Below are positions 62,190-64,000 of a stretch of 64,000 nt of DNA, piece after piece. The stretch's first letter is position 1. Each line of letters starts with the position of its first letter. The stretch covers positions 3,199,442-3,263,441 of the forward strand of contig NC_068982.1 in assembly GCF_001194135.2 (NCBI RefSeq), read 5' to 3'. A program made the translations under genes and the position numbers. This DNA comes from Octopus bimaculoides (taxonomy: Eukaryota). The notes under the pieces were generated by a model. That model was not told the DNA's origin. It searched no databases and saw only the letters and a list, made by a program, of their open reading frames with translations.

Positions 62190-62980
62190 ATCTCTACTGG
62201 CGTGAAAGCTAACCGGTAAAATATTTGACAACAAAGCAGTGATCAGTGCACTAGGGGCATAGATGCCTAACGGCAAAACACGCCTTTGCTATAACAGTTT
62301 ACATGAATTCAAATAGTATATTAGAACTCAGATGGCAAATCTCTTCAATTTTTGAGTCCCTACAGAACTGAATGATTTTGAGGAATTCCCTCGTGATTCA
62401 TCCCCGTCTAAGTTATGCAGAAAAATCCACAACTGGCTTGAACAACTGTTTGTGTCTTCAAGATCTACAGGTACGAGGAGGTTCATGTTTTCCTTATTGT
62501 AACTGACACTTTCCAGATAAACTGTCCCAATTCATGACATTGCTACCTTAATACTGAACTACTAGATGTATGCAATTTGAACAGAATTCTTTTCCTGAAC
62601 GAACTTCGCTGCGCAGAGTCGAAGGAATTTAAATCTCACTTATCCGCTGATTCTCCCATTTTAAAACGTTCGGTTCTTTGATTGCGAGGACGTTGTCTAA
62701 TTTTTCACAGTGACATTTGTGTAAAATATATCCTCAAACTAAAACTTTAGTCGAATTTTAATGGTAAACACCAAGTTTCATCTGGTATTTCAGTCGAGCA
62801 TCATTCAAAAAAGTCGAATGTACTTCTATGTTCTTCATTGACAAAAAGTGAATGCATTATTCTAATCGAGGGCTGGGAGGACTTCATTAAGCATGGTGAA
62901 AAACAACTACAAAGGATCGAATTTCGCAACCAATGGACAAAAGAGTTCATTTCAGCTGACATAGACAATTATCTCTGATA
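62190..62980 (+). mobile_element. decayed hAT-family transposase, C-terminal part
   Basis: KAVISALG...; KIYPQTKTLVE / VSSGISVEHHSKK...LCSSLT...LIEG resembles the hAT dimerisation motif YPxLxKL...PxSSxxVERxFS...RSSL. Frameshifted. Confidence 0.5.
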
Positions 62981-63439
62981 ATGAGTTTTTGTTTTTGTTT
63001 ATCCATCACAACAGATCTTAGGATGATATAATAAAATAATTATTAATAGTATTTCTTAATTAGATAGAGTATAACATCTAATATTGAAATTAAAGTACTT
63101 TTATTAGCATGTTTTTAAATTAAATGACATTCATACTTGTGGCTTTATTAATTCTGTCAATAATTATATTATGCCAATTAAAATTTTCATGTTTAAATTT
63201 ATATCATTTAAAATTCGAAAAAGTAATTCTGTTAATTGATACGTAGTTTGAATTGTAATTGATTAAATAAACGGAAATATCTTTTAATTATTGGTATACT
63301 CTTATATTTAAAATTGACATGACTGTACGTGTGTTTGTGTGTGTACGAGATTACTGGCAAACGTGTAGATTGAAACTTACACACACATAACACTTATGTT
63401 ATCATTCACATATCCTTTAAGGATTTATATCGGTTGTCG

Positions 63440-63585
63440 CTGCTTTGTCTCTTATTGGTCAAACCAGGTCACGTGGTCGAAATTTTCGCATAATCTCAAT
63501 CAACTCATAAGAGAGATGATTGGCATCAGCCCAGTATTTACCAACACACTACTCCGCCTGGCATGTGGCATCGGGTACGGTGAGT
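63440..63585 (+). promoter_or_regulatory. candidate promoter with first exon
   Basis: ATTGG 63454-63458 and GTCACGTG 63468-63475; locally CpG-rich; ATG 63516 open to the donor ACG|GTGAGT at 63579/63580. Confidence 0.35.
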
Positions 63586-64000
63586 TCGTATCATTGTGCG
63601 CGAAATGTTCGGCCAATTAGAAAGTTTACTGCAAAAACAATCGATCTATCTCAATACAAATTCCGAGCTATTATCGAACTCTATTGAAGAGACCCATATT
63701 TATACTAGAAACGATCTTCATCTTGTTGAACCACTCATGACAAGTAATACAAATAGCGATTGCGAACCCTGATGTTACACACATTAACAGTCTTATTGGT
63801 CAATAATGAAGGTCGGCAGGGTCATGGCCCTTATTTCTAAGGGGTTCGACTTTGACCATGCCAAGATTTTCACCACATGGGCAACATTTAACAAGAACTA
63901 ATGCAAATAGCTACGAATGAGTAATGACTGCACCTGTGACTTGTACTTATCAGGTAGTCATATCAGTTAGCATATTTTCATCGTCACAGGTTCCGCATAA

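Noticed and set aside
1-64000. CRISPR arrays, rRNA, intact tRNA genes, prokaryote-type operons
   Set aside because: None seen. The tRNA-like boxes belong to SINE heads, and the regularly recurring sequences are interspersed SINEs without repeat-spacer periodicity.

Overview
AT-rich, repeat-dense eukaryotic draft-assembly sequence with about 3.5 kb of N gaps in 11 runs. The repeat families resemble those I recall from octopus; that assignment is inferred, not checked. There is no intact protein-coding gene: the long ORFs in the track are microsatellite or N artefacts. Supported content: about 30 copies or fragments of three tRNA-derived SINE families; decayed non-LTR elements (R4/Dong-like, HERO-like, RTE, CR1/L2-like); a Penelope-like element (RT + GIY-YIG); an internally deleted Gypsy element with both LTRs, PBS and PPT; Tc1, maT-like and hAT transposase remnants; two pogo/Tigger-type MITEs; and many microsatellites. 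The most interesting signal is at RNA level. At least four unrelated repeat sequences carry minimal type I hammerhead-ribozyme-like motifs, most with a palindromic stem III (the Penelope-associated, dimer-type architecture), and several have non-canonical core bases (U3-A8, A6U/A6C, U4C). Other leads: serial R4/Dong insertions into (AAT)n, a DD36E Tc1 remnant, a GTCGA-N5-TCGAC hairpin shared by two SINE families, a nested inverted repeat, and a possible promoter/first exon near 63.5 kb. Host-gene exon calls are speculative.
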